In this document: positions 50,871-61,040 of the stretch, piece by piece
How positions within the stretch are numbered: position 1 is the first letter of the stretch
How the letters are laid out: each line of letters starts with the position of its first letter
NCBI GenBank assembly: GCA_965223665.1
Contig: OZ245011.1
Location: forward strand, 704,001-768,000
Source: Nitrospinaceae bacterium
Lineage (GTDB): Bacteria; Nitrospinota; Nitrospinia; Nitrospinales; Nitrospinaceae
DNA length: 64,000 bases
Direction: 5' to 3'
Program-made: the position numbers and the translations under genes
The notes under the pieces: generated by a model
Seen by the model: only the letters and a program-made list of their open reading frames with translations
Told to the model about the DNA's origin: nothing
The model's database searches: none

Positions 50871-50902
50871 AAAAAAAGGCCGGTACCTATTGGCACCGAC
50901 CT
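50871..50902 (-). terminator. Intrinsic terminator of cytochrome c gene
   Basis: AGGTCGGTGCC/GGTACCGGCCT stem (G-U pairs) followed by a U-tract, just after the stop at 50921. Confidence 0.75.
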
Positions 50903-50920
50903 CCCTTAAAATTAAGTTGA

Positions 50921-52648
50921 TTAAGGACCTGAGATCAAACTCTTAGCATTAGCTAATTCGCTAATAGCTCTATTTATTCTATTGTTTGATCTTGAAATTC
51001 TAAAGTCATTTGCAGCATTTAAGGCTTGTTGCGCTTTGACTAAAGCAAACTCTAAACCCTTTTGAGCTTCATCAAACAAACTATACTCAGTAGCTTGCAG
51101 AACTTGAAATGAATCTTCTATATCGGCCTTGGCAAGAAAAATTAAATTCACACGTTTTCCTATATCTTCTGTAGCTAAAGCACGTTGTAGAAGATCCGTT
51201 GCAATATCTATATTCATCAAGCTATTGATGGTCCGTAAGAAAGCTGCAATCGCAGTCACTTCCGTGGTTTCTAAATGAATTTGTCCATTTGACCCTGCTG
51301 TATTGTTAAACGCATCGCTATTATAGAAAGCCACAGCTTGTTCAATCGTATTTACGCTGTTGTTATGAAAGAAAGGAGGGGTATCGGCGGCTTCAATCAA
51401 GGACGTAGAATTAAAACTATTATTACCAAAACCGCCATCGGGGTTTGCAGCGCTACCAAAACCAGCATCACGTCCAAAAGCCGGGTCATCAGGTAAAGCG
51501 CCTTCTAACACATGAGGTGCGGATGGCAAGTTTTCAACTCCTGTCGCAAAATTTAAATTTGTGGTTCGGGCAAAAGCTGCATTAGCCCCTGCATTAAAGT
51601 GACAGGTGTTACACCTGGCGCTACTTCCACCTGAAGGAGTTACAGTGTTAAAAAATAAATCTCTGCCATGAGTGACCAAAGGCGAATTAAAATTCATACC
51701 AGAAAGTTCGGTTCCGGTAAAATCTCTCTGTCGACCCTGGGCCAACTGATATGCAGCCATATCATCCAGTTCCCTTTCTGTTGGCAAACGAAAATCCACC
51801 CCTAACTGCCGATTCATAGTTTGGGGAAAATGTTGAATCGTTGCCCCTATAGAAAAAGCTTTTAAGGAACCATCTGATGAGAAACCTTCACAAGTTTGTC
51901 CAAAAATCTCGATCTCGCAGGCTGCATCAGCATCACCTTTTGTCATACCCTGACATTGGGTGCCGGTTACCTGACAAGTTCCTACAAACGGATCATCCAG
52001 GCTATTGGTACTACCCGGTGCACCATCTCCACTCCAACCAATGGCATGGGCTTTTCCAGCTCGACTAACCAATCCTGGTGGATTCAGAGAGGTTGACATT
52101 CCTAAAGTGTGCGGGACTCCTCGCGAAGTAGCCGGTGGGTTGTTTCCGCCATGACCATCTGCAGGAAACCCATCAGTGTTCGCTGAAATTAATCCAAATT
52201 TTCTTAGAAGATCTGCATTTTCCAATTTTCTCAAAGCAGGATTAAATTCATGAACAAAAAGAGGGTCATGAGGTGGTAAAGTGGAAATGAATTTCGGATC
52301 AATAGTGAAGTTGTTTTCCGGTCTGTGGCAACTGGCACAAGTTCGCCCATTTCCGCCAAAGGTTTCCATATTAAAGAGACACTCTCCTCTTGCCACCTGA
52401 GCTTCCTGACTGTCTCCAAAGGCAAAAAAATCGCACTGACTAAAAAAACCTGGCATTAATAGGCCATCACCAATTTTGATGAAACAATCTTCGCTACTGT
52501 TGCTCAAGGGATCCAATTCTACACACGGAATAATCGACAATTCCTCGATTGTAATGTCCTGCGCTTCTGCCTCTTGAGCCAGGACAACTGAATTAGAAAT
52601 AAACAAAAATAACAAAATTAAAAATATACCTATACCTGACTTTTTCAT
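50921..52648 (-). CDS. Secreted di-heme cytochrome c (cytochrome c peroxidase/MauG superfamily-like)
   Basis: Signal peptide, CASCH and CNTCH, TPPFFHNNSV; GGAGGG RBS. Confidence 0.8.
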   Translation of the reverse strand: MKKSGIGIFLILLFLFISNSVVLAQEAEAQDITIEELSIIPCVELDPLSNSSEDCFIKIGDGLLMPGFFSQCDFFAFGDSQEAQVARGECLFNMETFGGNGRTCASCHRPENNFTIDPKFISTLPPHDPLFVHEFNPALRKLENADLLRKFGLISANTDGFPADGHGGNNPPATSRGVPHTLGMSTSLNPPGLVSRAGKAHAIGWSGDGAPGSTNSLDDPFVGTCQVTGTQCQGMTKGDADAACEIEIFGQTCEGFSSDGSLKAFSIGATIQHFPQTMNRQLGVDFRLPTERELDDMAAYQLAQGRQRDFTGTELSGMNFNSPLVTHGRDLFFNTVTPSGGSSARCNTCHFNAGANAAFARTTNLNFATGVENLPSAPHVLEGALPDDPAFGRDAGFGSAANPDGGFGNNSFNSTSLIEAADTPPFFHNNSVNTIEQAVAFYNSDAFNNTAGSNGQIHLETTEVTAIAAFLRTINSLMNIDIATDLLQRALATEDIGKRVNLIFLAKADIEDSFQVLQATEYSLFDEAQKGLEFALVKAQQALNAANDFRISRSNNRINRAISELANAKSLISGP

Positions 52649-52710
52649 TTTTCCCTCCCAGTAATAAATTGGAAAAATTTAAAGCAAAAGGCATAGATAT
52701 TAAATAGCCT

Positions 52711-52745
52711 AAAAAGGGTAATTTTGTTGTGTATTACCCTTTTTT
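52711..52745. terminator. Terminator-like hairpin upstream of cytochrome c gene
   Basis: AAAAAGGGTAAT-N10-ATTACCCTTTTT. Confidence 0.5.
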
Positions 52746-53242
52746 AGTTACTGTTCCGCAAATAATTTACCCCACTTAGGTTATTAAAGGCTAACCCTTT
52801 ATTTATCAAGTAATTTTTAATATAAATTTCCAACTCAACAATATTTTTTTACTATTTGTACCAAAAACCTCTCTGGAATTTAAAAGGAATTCAAATTAAA
52901 TAAACTGAATTAGATTGAATTTATTAAAAATTTATAAAGGTTTTTCTAAACAAAATAACAGGAAATTAATTACCATAAGGATATCATTAGATAAATATTC
53001 AGTAGATTCGAATTTTGCAACTCACCAAATAAAAAATTCTTTAAGAGAACTTACCTTCTTAGTCGATTGTGGGAATTTTGTTTTAATAAAATAGGTTATT
53101 TTCTTAGACATTTAATTGATGAGAAAGCAGTTTTAAAACCAATCTATTCAGTTAAAAAAAAGAATGAACCTTTACAACCTTAAGGAAAAAAATCAAAAAC
53201 TTTAATATAATTTATAGGTTAACTTCGTTATTTGAGCATTAC

Positions 53243-53500
53243 ATGATTTCCAATCCTATAAAGCTTTTATGGACCGGTGGTCGAGATTCCACATTTCGTC
53301 TGCTCTATATTCTATTAGTAGAAAAAAAGAGCGTTCAACCCTGCGAAAACTGTAAGCCCTGCCGAAACGCTAAGGAAACTGGTAATTCTCACGGCTTACC
53401 GGAAACGAACTTTTTAATGGATTTATATATTAAATCAATTTTTAAAGTTCATCACTTTGTCAAAGTAGCTTTGAAAAAACTATCCCGGCAATTCCAATAA
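53243..53500 (+). pseudogene. Internally deleted PP-loop (QueC-like) ATPase remnant
   Basis: LLWTGGRDSTFRLL PP-loop joined directly to CENCKPC in only 85 aa. Confidence 0.55.
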
Positions 53501-53694
53501 GTATTAAAATTATCTTCTTGATTTATTAAACAAAATCCCTAGCTTTTAATCCCCCTTCCCTATTATTTCAAATTCCTTTTCTGTTTAGGTAGTTGCAATG
53601 AATAAAGTGTATGAGTGGACAAAAAGATATAAATAAGTGTACAATTCCTGCAATTCTTGACCCATGAAACCACTTTTTTTAGGATAATGAAATA

Positions 53695-54645
53695 ATGCGT
53701 TCGATAAAAATCGAAGGACTCGACATACCATTTACAGCCCTCACTTTGGGTTGTTTGCATATTGCCCCCAGTAAAAGGTGGGGAGACTTTTGTTCTGCAG
53801 AAGATGCAGACCGAGTGGTAAAAACCGCTCTTGAGGGCGGTATTATGGCTTTTGATACAGCTGAGGGCTATGGCGATGGAGAATCCGAACGTCGCCTTGG
53901 CAAAGCTTTAGGATCCCGTATAAACGATGTACTAATCATTTCCAAAATATGGCCCGATGTAAAATTAGACCTCGAGGCTTACCAGTCGCGCCTTGAAGAA
54001 ACATTAAAGAATCTTGGCAGGGAATATGTCGATGTGTACATGGTTCACTGGCCCGGTATGTATTTAGATACCATGGTAAAGACCGGAAAAATGTGCGAAA
54101 TTATGGCTGCGCTAAAGGAAAGTGGCAAGGCCCGTACCGTAGGTGTTTCTAATTTCCAGGCGAGAGATATTGGCCTAATGACACGCGACGCCTCCTTATT
54201 TACTTTCAATCAAGTTCCTTATAACCTGCTTCAGCGCGAGTACGAAGGAGAACATCTACAACAATGTGAGAGGGCCGGTATCGGTTACATGGCGTATTCA
54301 CCCCTTGCACGTGGTCTTTTAGCCGGTCGATTGGATGAAGAATCCTTAAAAGAACCTGCCCGCGGGGAATTTTTCTTGTGTCAACATCCTCATTTTGAGG
54401 ATACACAAAGGATGCACCGGATAGTTGAGGAAATCGCAAAAGAAATCAACACGGCTCCAGTCAACGTGGCACTTGCATGGGTAATCCAGCAAAAAAATAT
54501 CACCACCGCAGTGGTTGGATCTCGCAAGGTAGATCAAGTGAAGGAATTCTGTGCTGCCGGAGATATTACACTTAATCCCGATCAACTGGATCGACTCAAT
54601 GAGGTGAGCACTTCGTCCCATACTGCCAGGGGTGCAATTGTTTAA
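53695..54645 (+). CDS. Aldo/keto reductase
   Basis: FDTAEGYG, ISK, VHWP, GVSNF, NQVPYNLL, YSPLARG. Confidence 0.93.
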   Translation: MRSIKIEGLDIPFTALTLGCLHIAPSKRWGDFCSAEDADRVVKTALEGGIMAFDTAEGYGDGESERRLGKALGSRINDVLIISKIWPDVKLDLEAYQSRLEETLKNLGREYVDVYMVHWPGMYLDTMVKTGKMCEIMAALKESGKARTVGVSNFQARDIGLMTRDASLFTFNQVPYNLLQREYEGEHLQQCERAGIGYMAYSPLARGLLAGRLDEESLKEPARGEFFLCQHPHFEDTQRMHRIVEEIAKEINTAPVNVALAWVIQQKNITTAVVGSRKVDQVKEFCAAGDITLNPDQLDRLNEVSTSSHTARGAIV

Positions 54646-54742
54646 TATTGAACAATATCTTTATTCTTCTTTTAAAGGTCAGCAAAAATAGGCCTTATTT
54701 AATTTTTTACCCAATCCAAAAAGTTTCTATTCAGAACATTGG

Positions 54743-54767
54743 AAAGTCCTAAAATTTAGGACTTTTT
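54743..54767 (+). terminator. Near-perfect palindrome (terminator or operator) after the aldo/keto reductase gene
   Basis: AAAGTCCTAAA-A-TTTAGGACTTT. Confidence 0.35.
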
Positions 54768-54853
54768 AAATTAACGCCAAATTTGGCATTCAAATTTCAA
54801 ATCCCCCACTGTTATTCTACTTTTTTATCCCTTATTGGCTTGAGAGGAAAGTC

Positions 54854-55340
54854 ATGTCCTTTCATCGACTTTTGGTTGGCTTTATTTCAGTAAACACATG
54901 GATAGCACTTATTCTGTACCTTCTTGTACCATCCAATCTGGAAGCCTGCTCCTGTGGTTCCAAAAATAATTGGGTAATGAAAAAATACCAGGAAATGGAT
55001 TGGATATTTTGGGGTCGGGTGGAAGGATTTGAAAAGTGTTATATGTTTCCTGTTTTGCATCCGGAATTAGTCGAAAAGTTTCCCGACATCAATCATAACC
55101 TGAAAGAAATTCTTGAAAAAAATCCTCATTAAAGAGGCAGAATATTTTAAAAATTCTATCCAGAATTTAGGTCCTCAAGAAAACCCAGAACGTTTACTTT
55201 TGTTGAATCAGGTATTAGCGCAGAGGCGGAAAGCCATAAGAAAATGGGATGAAATTGCCAAAATCATTTCTCTAATCTTCAAGAGAATATTACCCCAACC
55301 ACGCCGAACTGAATTCATAACCTGTCTCGAAAGAAACTGA
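54854..55340 (+). pseudogene. Frameshifted/truncated secreted protein with TIMP-like CSC N-terminus
   Basis: Signal peptide + ACSC...IFWGRV; two overlapping ORFs joined at an A7 run near 55116-55122. Confidence 0.5.
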
Positions 55341-55417
55341 TTAAGATACTCATAAATTTACAGGCTTAATCTTTTGGGGGATGGAGCTTTGTAAAAATTG
55401 ATAGTAGGAAAAAAATG

Positions 55418-55433
55418 AATGGTGGTAGTGCAG
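55418..55433 (-). repeat. Degenerate direct repeat of the tRNA-Met 3' end (att-like)
   Basis: AATGGTGGTAGTGCAG vs AATGGTGGCGGTGCAG at 60878-60893 (14/16), same orientation. Confidence 0.5.
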
Positions 55434-55494
55434 CCCCCTAAACATATGTTATTGAAGGTTTTTAGTAGCCCCCATAGTTACACCTAGTTTCTTC

Positions 55495-58056
55495 TCAATC
55501 TTTTAAAGATAAATCTTGATTATTTAATATACGGTCAATTTCTAAAAAAAGCTGAGAAATATTAAATGGTTTAGTAATGTAACCTCGAAATCCTTTTGTC
55601 AGAGCTTTTTTGATATCAGAATCCATTGCGTTTGCACTAATAGCTATTACAGGAATGTCTCGCGTTTCTTCTAAATTCTGTAATTTCTTCATTGCCGTAA
55701 TCCCATCCATTTCTGGCATATTAATATCCATTAGAATTAAGTCAGGTTTATGACCACTGGCGAGTTCAATACCCATGCTTGCTTGAGGAGCTGTAAGCAA
55801 ATTAATATCATCCCTACTTAGAATTATTTGTTCCATAAGTGTCATATTTTCTGGATTATCTTCAACATAAAGGATAGTCCATTTTGGCTTATCTATACTA
55901 TCCTTAATGATATGTAATGGATTAATTAATTGACTTATTTCAGAATTTTTACATTCACTTCCTAAGGGTAAAATTATCGAAAATTGACTACCTTCTCCAA
56001 GGGTACTCTTAACTGATATTGTCCCATTCATCATTTCAATTAGCTGCTTGGTGATTGTAAGTCCAATTCCTGTTCCTTGAATTTCGGAGTTTTCAGCACC
56101 TAATCGATTAAAGGGTTTAAATAAATCCTTCAAATCGCTATTGGACATTCCTAAACCTGTATCAATGATATCAAAGCGAACTTTTTTTCCTTCAATTTCC
56201 TTAGAATCTAAAGTTATTAAACCACCTTCTTTGTTGTATTTAATTGCATTAGAAATTAGATTGAGCAAAACTTGCTTAAATCTACTGAAATCGGCCAAAA
56301 TCATTACGTTAGTTTCGTTTGACAGATGATTTCTTATTTGGATATTTCGTTTTGCTGCCAATGGTCCGGTCAGTGTAATAACATCTTCAATCACATCAGA
56401 AGCATTAATGCTTTCTATAGACAAGTCTAAATTGCCTGTTTCAATACGTGAAAGATCCAATACCTCATCAATTAATTTCAAGAGATGATTTCCCGCAGTT
56501 AAAATTTTATCCATTTTATCCTTTTGGGCATTACTTAATGGATCTTTGGTATCGTAATCAAGAAGTTGCCCAAATCCTAAAATAGCATTCATTGGGGTTC
56601 TCAATTCATGACTCATCTGAGAAAGAAAATCAGATTTTGCTCTGCTGGCCTTTTCGGCGACTTCCTTAGCAGCCAAAATTTCATTTTCGGCCTTTTTCCG
56701 TTCTGTAATATCATGTCCGTAAATATTAAAATAATTTGCTGCTGAAATATTGACAACATCATACTCAAGTATTCGACCTGCTAATTCAATTTCTAATTTA
56801 CTTCTTTGCCCTCCGGACTTAACCTTATCTAATGTTTCAATAAAAGGTGTAGGAACTTTGTCACCTATCTTACAACCCCATTTTTCCAAAATGGCCAATC
56901 CTATTTGGTTAGAGAAAAGCAAAGTATAATGGTAATCAACTTGAAAAATAGGGTTCGTATTTTCATTGGGCAGGCTAACTAAAATTTCCAAATCTCGAGT
57001 TCGTTCTCTTACACGAGACTCTAATTCTTCATTAACTTTACCAAGTTTCTCCTCAGCTTTTTTCCTTTCGTCTACTTCCTCTTGAAGTTTTAAATTAAAG
57101 TCCTGGATATCTTTAGCACGCCTCCGTGCTTCCAAACTAAAGTAGGCAGAAATAAAAAGTAAAATTCCTGTTAAAAATCCAGAGAAGAGAACAAACAGAG
57201 GAAAGTTGGAGCTTTCTTTTTTAAAAAACGCCGGTTGGGGAACCAAACGTAAATCCCAGTCAATTCCCAACATGTTAATATTTTTTATAAGAGACCATTC
57301 CTTCAAATAAGGAATATCGTGACCTAGAGGACCATAAATTTCCTTCCCATCTTGAAGAACTGAAATGGCATAACTTTCATTAAACCCCTCCAGTAAAATA
57401 AAATCCAAAAATGATTCTGCATGGGAAAAAGCAACTAGAAAACCCTCAAAACTATTCTTGTTGTAAACAGGATTTAAGGCCAAAAAAATCTGACTTTCAT
57501 GGAAATTAAAGGATACAGCAATTGTCTTTCCTTTTTTCTTGGAAGCAGTTTGAAAAAAAGTCTTTTTAGTTTGGATCATTTCTTGAAAATCTTTGTGAAC
57601 CAAGTCTATATTTTCCGACGTGACTAGCCCTCTTAGCCCGAGAGATGTATCAACCAAAAATATAGCTTCTAGACCGGTAAAAATTTCAATTTGAGCACGG
57701 GCATCCATTTCCCATTCTTTCCAAGGCACTCCTCCACGGATATTCCAACGCTGTGCCATTTGCTCAAGAGTTTGGAGTGTGCTTGTCAGTTCTGATGAAA
57801 TAAGTTCTGCATGCTTGGTTATTTCGTTTTGGGAGGTCGAATTATAATACTCAGTTTCTTGGACTTTCAACCCATAGTAAAGGAAACCAGTAATAATAAT
57901 CACAGATATTCCTGCGATCAGTGGGATGATTAATGAATTAAGGCGTTTTTTGGAAACCCTATTTAATTGAAATAAATTTTTAAGACCCAAATAATTATTC
58001 CGAAAATTTTGTGTATGTTTAATCTGGTTTTTTAGCAATCGCAACAAAATTAACAA
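55495..58056 (-). CDS. Hybrid sensor histidine kinase (periplasmic CHASE-like sensor, PAS-like, HisKA, HATPase, REC)
   Basis: 2 [43 protein letters not shown]; true start probably downstream. Confidence 0.9.
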   Translation of the reverse strand: MLILLRLLKNQIKHTQNFRNNYLGLKNLFQLNRVSKKRLNSLIIPLIAGISVIIITGFLYYGLKVQETEYYNSTSQNEITKHAELISSELTSTLQTLEQMAQRWNIRGGVPWKEWEMDARAQIEIFTGLEAIFLVDTSLGLRGLVTSENIDLVHKDFQEMIQTKKTFFQTASKKKGKTIAVSFNFHESQIFLALNPVYNKNSFEGFLVAFSHAESFLDFILLEGFNESYAISVLQDGKEIYGPLGHDIPYLKEWSLIKNINMLGIDWDLRLVPQPAFFKKESSNFPLFVLFSGFLTGILLFISAYFSLEARRRAKDIQDFNLKLQEEVDERKKAEEKLGKVNEELESRVRERTRDLEILVSLPNENTNPIFQVDYHYTLLFSNQIGLAILEKWGCKIGDKVPTPFIETLDKVKSGGQRSKLEIELAGRILEYDVVNISAANYFNIYGHDITERKKAENEILAAKEVAEKASRAKSDFLSQMSHELRTPMNAILGFGQLLDYDTKDPLSNAQKDKMDKILTAGNHLLKLIDEVLDLSRIETGNLDLSIESINASDVIEDVITLTGPLAAKRNIQIRNHLSNETNVMILADFSRFKQVLLNLISNAIKYNKEGGLITLDSKEIEGKKVRFDIIDTGLGMSNSDLKDLFKPFNRLGAENSEIQGTGIGLTITKQLIEMMNGTISVKSTLGEGSQFSIILPLGSECKNSEISQLINPLHIIKDSIDKPKWTILYVEDNPENMTLMEQIILSRDDINLLTAPQASMGIELASGHKPDLILMDINMPEMDGITAMKKLQNLEETRDIPVIAISANAMDSDIKKALTKGFRGYITKPFNISQLFLEIDRILNNQDLSLKD

Positions 58057-58514
58057 AAAATTTCCATAGCTATTGGATTAAAAAACTCAGAAAAAATCTT
58101 ATAAGTGGTTGTCTTTTAATGATTAATATCAGTTTAGGGATATACCCATTTATTGTCAACACGGGTCAAGATCATAAAGGTATAACTCGAATTATCAATG
58201 CAAAATAAATTTTAAATCAAAATTCGACAGTCTACCTTTAAAAAGAATTTTATTAATAAAAAGAACTTACTATTAAATTCGACCACCAATTTTTATTCAA
58301 AGTTTCCGCTAAAAATTTAACTCCGATTTACCCTATTCACTCCTAAATTAACGAAGTTTTACTTTCCATTTTCAAACTCATAATTTTTCCTTATTTCTCT
58401 TTAGTGCCTCCTGCTTTTAACCGAAAAGGATTACTAGTACCTAAGTTATAGCAATTCCGCCAATGATTTATTCCATTACTTTGTAGAATTTTTCTTAATA
58501 GATAAGAAAGAGAT

Positions 58515-59723
58515 ATGTCCTTTATTCTTAAAAAGTGCTCTGAAAATTGTGCAAGAATTCTATTGATAATAACCCTTCTGCTTTTTGCTACACCCTTCTC
58601 AGCCAGAGGTAATGATGAATCCATAAAATCTTCTCAACAAGAAATTCAAAAAAGGTTAAGGGAATTAGAAGATCAAATCATAGAATTGCAATTAAAAGAA
58701 TCCAACCGAGTTCCAGTCACCTCATTTGATTCACTAAAAATTGATTTTGGCGGATTTATTTCCCAAACCTTTACTTCGGTTTTTAACGGAGATAGTCCAA
58801 GCCAATCCTCATTTGATCAAACCAATTTAGAAATTCTCATTGGAGCGGATATAACTGAAAACCATCGATTTTTTACTGCGATAGGTTTTCTTCGTCAGGC
58901 AGACCTGATTAACGAAGCCACAGCAACAAATGTTAGCCTAAGGGGTTTTACTGGCTCCGTAAATCGTGTTCCACTAATTATTGCCTGGGGACAGCACAGT
59001 TTTTCTGATTTTTTGGATATTAGCTATGGAAGATTAATTACTCCCTGGGGGATTATAAATAGGGAACATTTTCCTCCAACTTTAATGAATTTAAACCAAC
59101 CCCAATTTTTAAGAGCGACCCAACCTAGTAATTTATTCGGAGGTAATACCTTTACTCCCAATTTTCTACAAGGGGTGCAGGCTCACGGCTCAAAATTTAT
59201 TGATAACCACCAATTAGAATATTTTCTTTACACAGGGCACTTTAACGGGGGAAGGTCTTTTGATTTCACCTCAGGATTGAGGCTACAATGGTCACTGCCA
59301 GACAAAATAGTTACCTTTGGAATCTCATATCAAAATGGTAAAAGGCCTATTGTTACCAACAATAAATACAATTTAATTGGAGTCGACCTGAAAATCGATT
59401 ACAAAGGATTTATGCTTAAATCCGAATATATATATAGCTATATTCAAAGTTTTGTAAATCGAGAATCTTATTACATCCAACCCTCTTATAGAAGAGGAAA
59501 CTGGATAGTTTTTTATCGGTATGATTTTATTGATACTAACAAATCAATAAATAATGATGCCTCAGAACAAACGGAGCATACTTTTGGGGTTAATTATTTT
59601 ATCACTCCGACAATACGTCTCCGCGCTGAATATGTCTTAAACAGATTTAATTTAACACTAGATACGACTGGCAAAGATAGAGATTACGATAATATTCAAC
59701 TTTCGATAACAACATCTTTTTAA
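58515..59723 (+). CDS. Outer-membrane beta-barrel (porin-like) protein with N-terminal coiled coil
   Basis: Signal peptide, coiled coil, amphipathic strands, GVNY, C-terminal Phe. Confidence 0.75.
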   Translation: MSFILKKCSENCARILLIITLLLFATPFSARGNDESIKSSQQEIQKRLRELEDQIIELQLKESNRVPVTSFDSLKIDFGGFISQTFTSVFNGDSPSQSSFDQTNLEILIGADITENHRFFTAIGFLRQADLINEATATNVSLRGFTGSVNRVPLIIAWGQHSFSDFLDISYGRLITPWGIINREHFPPTLMNLNQPQFLRATQPSNLFGGNTFTPNFLQGVQAHGSKFIDNHQLEYFLYTGHFNGGRSFDFTSGLRLQWSLPDKIVTFGISYQNGKRPIVTNNKYNLIGVDLKIDYKGFMLKSEYIYSYIQSFVNRESYYIQPSYRRGNWIVFYRYDFIDTNKSINNDASEQTEHTFGVNYFITPTIRLRAEYVLNRFNLTLDTTGKDRDYDNIQLSITTSF

Positions 59724-59733
59724 AGAGATAACA

Positions 59734-60183
59734 GTGATAAGATTTGTATTTATAAATTTACTTGTCGTTTTCCTTTTCGGGGCAATTCCAGCTCGCGCAA
59801 ATTCTATTGTTGTTATTGTAAATAAGGAAAACCCTGTTAACTCGCTAACAGTCGATGAGGTTAGACGGTATTTCTTATTAGATTCAAAAAATTGGCCTTC
59901 AGGCAGTAAGATAAAACCAATTAACCTGCATAAATCATCCACAACAAAGAATTATTTCCTCAATAAAATCCTAAAAATGACTCTCAATGATTACGATCAT
60001 TTTTGGTTGTCGATGAAACAAAAATCAGGTGAGACCGAACCTAAAACAGTTAAATCCAATAAATTTGTTTTAAAAATTGTAGGAAAAGATGCAAAGGCCA
60101 TTGGTTATTTGCCGGAAGATTATTTTAATAAATTACAAGCCACCTCAAAGAACAATATCAAGGCTGTCTTAATAGTTAAATAA
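59734..60183 (+). CDS. Small periplasmic binding protein-like (PstS/PBP2-like) protein
   Basis: Signal peptide, VVIVNKENPV..L, W..G..I, AIGY. Confidence 0.75.
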   Translation: MIRFVFINLLVVFLFGAIPARANSIVVIVNKENPVNSLTVDEVRRYFLLDSKNWPSGSKIKPINLHKSSTTKNYFLNKILKMTLNDYDHFWLSMKQKSGETEPKTVKSNKFVLKIVGKDAKAIGYLPEDYFNKLQATSKNNIKAVLIVK

Positions 60184-60196
60184 TTAGTTAATAATT

Positions 60197-60856
60197 ATGA
60201 CACCCTCCTCTTTTAATAAAATTATTTTAAATTTCAAAAATTGGTCTGTGAATATTCCCATATTTCTGATTCTATTTTTCCTACCCACAAATTTCTCTTA
60301 CGCTTCCACTGAAAATTTTTGTAACGTTCGTTTAATCAAAGTTCAAAAAAATAAATTAAAAAATGAGTACTTCGGACCCTTTAGACATCCATTTAAATTT
60401 ACTAAAGATGAAATTCAATTACTTCTAGAGTCTATTTATTTTTCTAAAAACACCATATTTTGGAGTAAACCACAACCAATTCTTTCCAAAAGAACTGCAA
60501 AATGCTTAGCGTATCCAATAAGTAAAGCTCTAGCAAAATCTGATAGAAATAAAGTAGTAAACTTCAAAGTTCACCAAAAGATTTTAAATTTAGAGGGAGA
60601 AGTATTTATCAACAAAAATGGATTAAATTGGAAAATATCAAGTATCAGTAATTTGACCAAGAGTTTCCGTCAAACCGGAATTTGGGAGAATAATTGGAAA
60701 TTAGTTCCGAAAAGAGGCCAGAATTATTATAAATATAACGATGTGCTTGGACTTGAAACAAAAAACTTAAAGTGGATTGTTATTTCTGGAAAAAATATCA
60801 AACACTATATAAATAGAAAGTCAGGCCGAAGAATAGCCTTAAAAAAGACACACTAA
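60197..60856 (+). CDS. Secreted hypothetical protein
   Basis: Signal-like N-terminus; HPFKFTKDEI...ISKALAK. Confidence 0.6.
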   Translation: MTPSSFNKIILNFKNWSVNIPIFLILFFLPTNFSYASTENFCNVRLIKVQKNKLKNEYFGPFRHPFKFTKDEIQLLLESIYFSKNTIFWSKPQPILSKRTAKCLAYPISKALAKSDRNKVVNFKVHQKILNLEGEVFINKNGLNWKISSISNLTKSFRQTGIWENNWKLVPKRGQNYYKYNDVLGLETKNLKWIVISGKNIKHYINRKSGRRIALKKTH

Positions 60857-60879
60857 AGCTATTATGAATATTTAAAAAA

Positions 60880-60956
60880 TGGTGGCGGTGCAGGGACTTG
60901 AACCCCGGACTCTACGGATATGAGCCGTATGCTCTAACCAGCTGAGCTACACCGCC
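60880..60956 (-). tRNA. tRNA-Met (CAT), elongator-type
   Basis: GGCGGTGTAGCTCAGCTGGTTAGAGCATACGGCTCATATCCGTAGAGTCCGGGGTTCAAGTCCCTGCACCGCCACCA; G1-C72 paired, encoded CCA. Confidence 0.95.
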
Positions 60957-61040
60957 TTATTTTATAATCATTTGTATTTGGAAAGTTTACTTGGAAGCTT
61001 TAAGACTGTCAATCATTCTCTGCAGGTCAAATCTGGAAAC

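Noticed and set aside
60880-60956. Initiator tRNA-fMet
   Set aside because: Has paired G1-C72 and lacks three consecutive G-C pairs in the anticodon stem; tRNA-Ile2(CAT) is less likely but not strictly excluded
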